Shown: one piece after another, positions 36,381-39,373 of the stretch | Numbering within the stretch: the stretch's first letter is position 1 | Layout of the letters: each line of letters starts with the position of its first letter | IMG/VR virus record: IMGVR_UViG_3300035526_000057 | Span: 1-39,373 of that record | Strand: one strand, 5' to 3' | Source of the DNA: a virus | Taxonomy: Duplodnaviria > Caudoviricetes | Length of the DNA: 39,373 nt | Notes under the pieces: model-generated | The model's input: the letters and a program-made list of their open reading frames with translations, nothing else | Databases searched by the model: none | Told to the model about the DNA's origin: nothing | Translations under genes and position numbers: made by a program

Positions 36381-38776
36381 GATTTGATCTTGAATTTAAT
36401 ATAGTATCACAGCTTAGTTATGATGGATTATCCAAATTGGCAGATATGTTCTATGGTGAGGGAAATGATTTAACACCTGCATCATGGGACACAAAACAAT
36501 TTAATGGAGAGGCATTAGCAACTAAAAGCACAATAGGCTTAGACAATTACAAGAACCTAAAAAATATTCCAGGATGGATGTATGCCTCTGGAGTCTCTGA
36601 TAGTACAGATCTTGGGTTAAGCTCGCTGATTATTAGAAACAACATGGTATGCCCTATCTTCAATGCCGGATCAGCATTTTTTAATAAGTATGAATTTGAA
36701 TGGTCTGGAAATTCAATAAGAAAACAGTTTGAATATGACGACACTCTTGGTTGCTATAAATGTGAAGTAGATAGCGATATTGATACTGAGAGTATAAGCG
36801 TATTTACGTTGAGATACAAATATCCAGGCTATGTAACATATGAAAGAGAATGGACATTTAACGGCGAGGACGGGTACATCGCAACGCTTGTAGAAGAGAA
36901 CGATAAGCTCTATATACACTTAAGTGGGGACAAGATTGAAAAATCTTCTTTCGAGATAGGAACAGCATTCGCACAGAAAGGTAGCATCATATCTTTAGGA
37001 GAATATCCAATAGATGAATCTTCATTCTCTATCGACAACTTTGATTCTTCAGTCGGAGAATATAGTCTTTTTAATAATACAGTTGCTATTAAAAATATAA
37101 CGAATGATGACTTTGCTGTAAAAGTAAACTATGAAGTTTTACCAATAATTTCATATAGACAAACATCAAGAGATGAAGATAGCCCAGTATTTGCACATGC
37201 AAATATAATCCCAGGAGCAGTTAGATTTAATAATGGTCTAGTTGCATTAAATAATATAGGCTATGCTGGATCAACAATACAAACAGATGAGGGAGCAAAT
37301 ATAATCGTTCCTGATTCAATAGACCTAAGTGTAAGCAAAACAACATCTGCGACACTGGACTCAGTTGCATGCACAGCGAAGCTAACCTCTTTTGGTGGAG
37401 TGCCTGTTAAAAATGCAAACGTTAAATTCGAAATAACATCAGAAGATCATGATACTATCTGGCTAGAGTCTGGATCAGAATCGTTTACTGGCAAGACGAG
37501 TATAGACGGGACTGTAAGAGCTAATGCTTTCATAAATAAGAATAGATTTGGATGGTATCTTCAGAAGCAGTGGGTTTCGGGAAACAAAATAACTGTCCCA
37601 TTTGATATAAAGACATCAGATACAGACGAAGTATATCTATACTTTATAACATCTGATGATGCAGTAATGGGAAAGCTATTCTCCGAAAAGGTAGAAGTAG
37701 CATTAGATGAGTATTATACATCTCCAAAAACTCTAGAGACTTATGAAGTTAATGGAAGAAAAATAGCATATGTAAAAATGAGCAGTAGAGACGAAGGTGC
37801 AAGCCAGGTTGTATATAGCTCATTTGTAAAGCCAACCTCTATTACACGAAACCAGTCTGCAAACACAAGAATAAAAGATCTTTACATTAAAAATAGCAAG
37901 CAAGCATTATCTAGCTTCTTTGATAATATGGAGGATACAATATCTATTCCGCTAAGCACACCTGTTACAAGCTATGATGCATTATCAAAAGGATATTCAG
38001 ATGGGATTATCCCTAATAATACACTAGACTATTATGCAGCTAAGATCACAAATGCAACTGTTATAGAGTTTGAGGATGCAATTCCTAATCATGATAACAT
38101 AGTAGGGTTTTGGTTAATAACAGGTAGCTCTTCAGGCGCAACCGTCAAGGCTACATTTGAAGATACAAATAGTTATATAAAGCTAGAGTCGGAAGAAATT
38201 CCAATCACCACAACAAGCTATATAAAATCAGAATACGAATTTATACTTGATGATAATATAGATGGCAGCGTAAACAATTCAATGCTATCATTTGGATATT
38301 ACACAGTATCAGAATATCTAGAAAATCCATATAAAATTAACTCATGCACATATACTTGTAGATACTCAGATGCAGTAAGAAAACAATGCATCTATAGCAA
38401 TGGTGTCTACAGTGATTATTATGAGAATGATGGAAGCTCTGGTATTTGCATCAAGCCCTCACAAAATGATCAGATAGATCCAAGTAGCAGATGTCCAATT
38501 AAAAGCAAGTACATTACTAATTCAGATGGATCACCAACAATACAGACTGAAAATATTGATGGCAATGAAGTAGACATGTACGAATGGAAAACAATGGCCA
38601 TGTTAGTTCAGTATGGAAAGGATCCTCACTTAGCACTAATAGATGGGGATATAACTCAGGAAGAGTTTGATACTATGCTTGGTGATGGTGATATTTTACC
38701 TAACTATAAAGAAAATACATATTATGTAGAAAATGCTTGGGGATTTGTAAACCCATTCATTATGATAGCTGAATAA
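36377..38776 (+). CDS. Virion structural protein with an Ig-like (Big-1-type) domain and a Cys-rich C-terminal segment
   Basis: 799 aa. PDSIDLSVS......DSVACTAKLTSFGGVPVKNANVKFEI...TSIDGTVRA is Big-1-like. Five Cys cluster at about 38345-38494. Confidence 0.55.
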   Translation: MRFDLEFNIVSQLSYDGLSKLADMFYGEGNDLTPASWDTKQFNGEALATKSTIGLDNYKNLKNIPGWMYASGVSDSTDLGLSSLIIRNNMVCPIFNAGSAFFNKYEFEWSGNSIRKQFEYDDTLGCYKCEVDSDIDTESISVFTLRYKYPGYVTYEREWTFNGEDGYIATLVEENDKLYIHLSGDKIEKSSFEIGTAFAQKGSIISLGEYPIDESSFSIDNFDSSVGEYSLFNNTVAIKNITNDDFAVKVNYEVLPIISYRQTSRDEDSPVFAHANIIPGAVRFNNGLVALNNIGYAGSTIQTDEGANIIVPDSIDLSVSKTTSATLDSVACTAKLTSFGGVPVKNANVKFEITSEDHDTIWLESGSESFTGKTSIDGTVRANAFINKNRFGWYLQKQWVSGNKITVPFDIKTSDTDEVYLYFITSDDAVMGKLFSEKVEVALDEYYTSPKTLETYEVNGRKIAYVKMSSRDEGASQVVYSSFVKPTSITRNQSANTRIKDLYIKNSKQALSSFFDNMEDTISIPLSTPVTSYDALSKGYSDGIIPNNTLDYYAAKITNATVIEFEDAIPNHDNIVGFWLITGSSSGATVKATFEDTNSYIKLESEEIPITTTSYIKSEYEFILDDNIDGSVNNSMLSFGYYTVSEYLENPYKINSCTYTCRYSDAVRKQCIYSNGVYSDYYENDGSSGICIKPSQNDQIDPSSRCPIKSKYITNSDGSPTIQTENIDGNEVDMYEWKTMAMLVQYGKDPHLALIDGDITQEEFDTMLGDGDILPNYKENTYYVENAWGFVNPFIMIAE

Positions 38777-38792
38777 GCTTAAGGAGTAGATA

Positions 38793-39373
38793 ATGTCAGA
38801 CAATCAATTGTTTCAACCTTTAATACCTGTGGATATAGGATTTGCAAGGGGAGAATCTCCTACGCCAACAAAGTTGACTGGGATATTTAATTACATACAG
38901 GCATCTAATTATGTGCTAGAGTCATACCTAGGCAACGGAACAGATTATAATGTTTCAGATGAAAATCTTGAAAAAAGAAAGATGATTCATAATGTTGCTA
39001 GCGCTATTGGGCAGAATAGTAACTTGTATAAGCCTGTAAATAAACTTGGTAGCCTATTACATCTACATAAGTTCTATGGCGCAACTAATGATGGAGATAC
39101 ACATACCACAGGGCTTCTAACACCTAACACAACATATACAGCAGGAAATGGTGAGATAGAAGAAAACCTTCTAGTTAATAAAGATATAACAATCCCAGTT
39201 TCAATATGGGTAGAGCCAGTTGATACATTTTACCTAAAAGTAGACTACACTGGAACTGGAACAATAACAGTACAGGGGTCATCTTCTGCAACACAAATTA
39301 GTGCAGAGCCTGATCTGGAATATGATTCAATAAAAACAGTTGAATATACAATCCCTGGCGGATCGTTTATCAC
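38793..39373 (+). CDS. 3'-truncated probable virion / tail-fibre-related protein (absent from the ORF track)
   Basis: RBS AAGGAG, then ATG at 38793: MSDNQLFQPLIPVDIGFARGESPTPTKLTGIFNYIQ... The frame appears to stay open to the window end. Confidence 0.6.
   Translation, partial: MSDNQLFQPLIPVDIGFARGESPTPTKLTGIFNYIQASNYVLESYLGNGTDYNVSDENLEKRKMIHNVASAIGQNSNLYKPVNKLGSLLHLHKFYGATNDGDTHTTGLLTPNTTYTAGNGEIEENLLVNKDITIPVSIWVEPVDTFYLKVDYTGTGTITVQGSSSATQISAEPDLEYDSIKTVEYTIPGGSFI

Noticed and set aside
238-36919. Numerous short minus-strand and nested plus-strand ORFs in the track
   Set aside because: All lie inside long, tightly coupled + strand genes, have shadow-like composition, and show no recognisable motifs.
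1-39373. Stop-codon reassignment, as seen in some large phages
   Set aside because: Code 11 already gives near-complete coding density, and TAA, TAG (22001) and TGA (22429, 26095) all end genes at sensible boundaries.
1-39373. tRNA genes, structured ncRNAs and intrinsic terminators
   Set aside because: No intergenic gap exceeds about 40 nt, and I saw no convincing GC-rich hairpin followed by a U-tract.

Overview
A gene-dense, AT-rich window in which every credible gene lies on the + strand. It reads as the tail and baseplate morphogenesis region of a large, probably jumbo, contractile-tailed bacteriophage using the standard code with AGGAG-type RBSs. The order is: tube-like coiled-coil protein, two chaperone-like genes, three giant ORFs (1961, 1813 and 2623 aa), a split spike, a gp25-like wedge, a free-standing homing endonuclease, baseplate J, further wedge or fibre-like proteins including three tandem paralogs, a Cas4-like nuclease, and propeller and Ig-domain proteins. 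The main surprise lies in the tape-measure slot. The 1813-aa protein carries two-barrel RNA polymerase motifs (R-Y-P...NSDMDGD and a K-x5-K pair) between hydrophobic termini. The 1961-aa protein starts with an intact DEDDh exonuclease. The 2623-aa hub protein fuses an intact thermonuclease, two tube-like domains, an M15 peptidase and glycine-rich membrane segments. Together these suggest a virion-delivered transcription and nuclease cassette built into the tail module. A 9-nt motif, TTATTAACA, occurs in all three intergenic gaps longer than about 25 nt and is a candidate phage promoter. All domain calls come from motifs read by eye; no searches were run.
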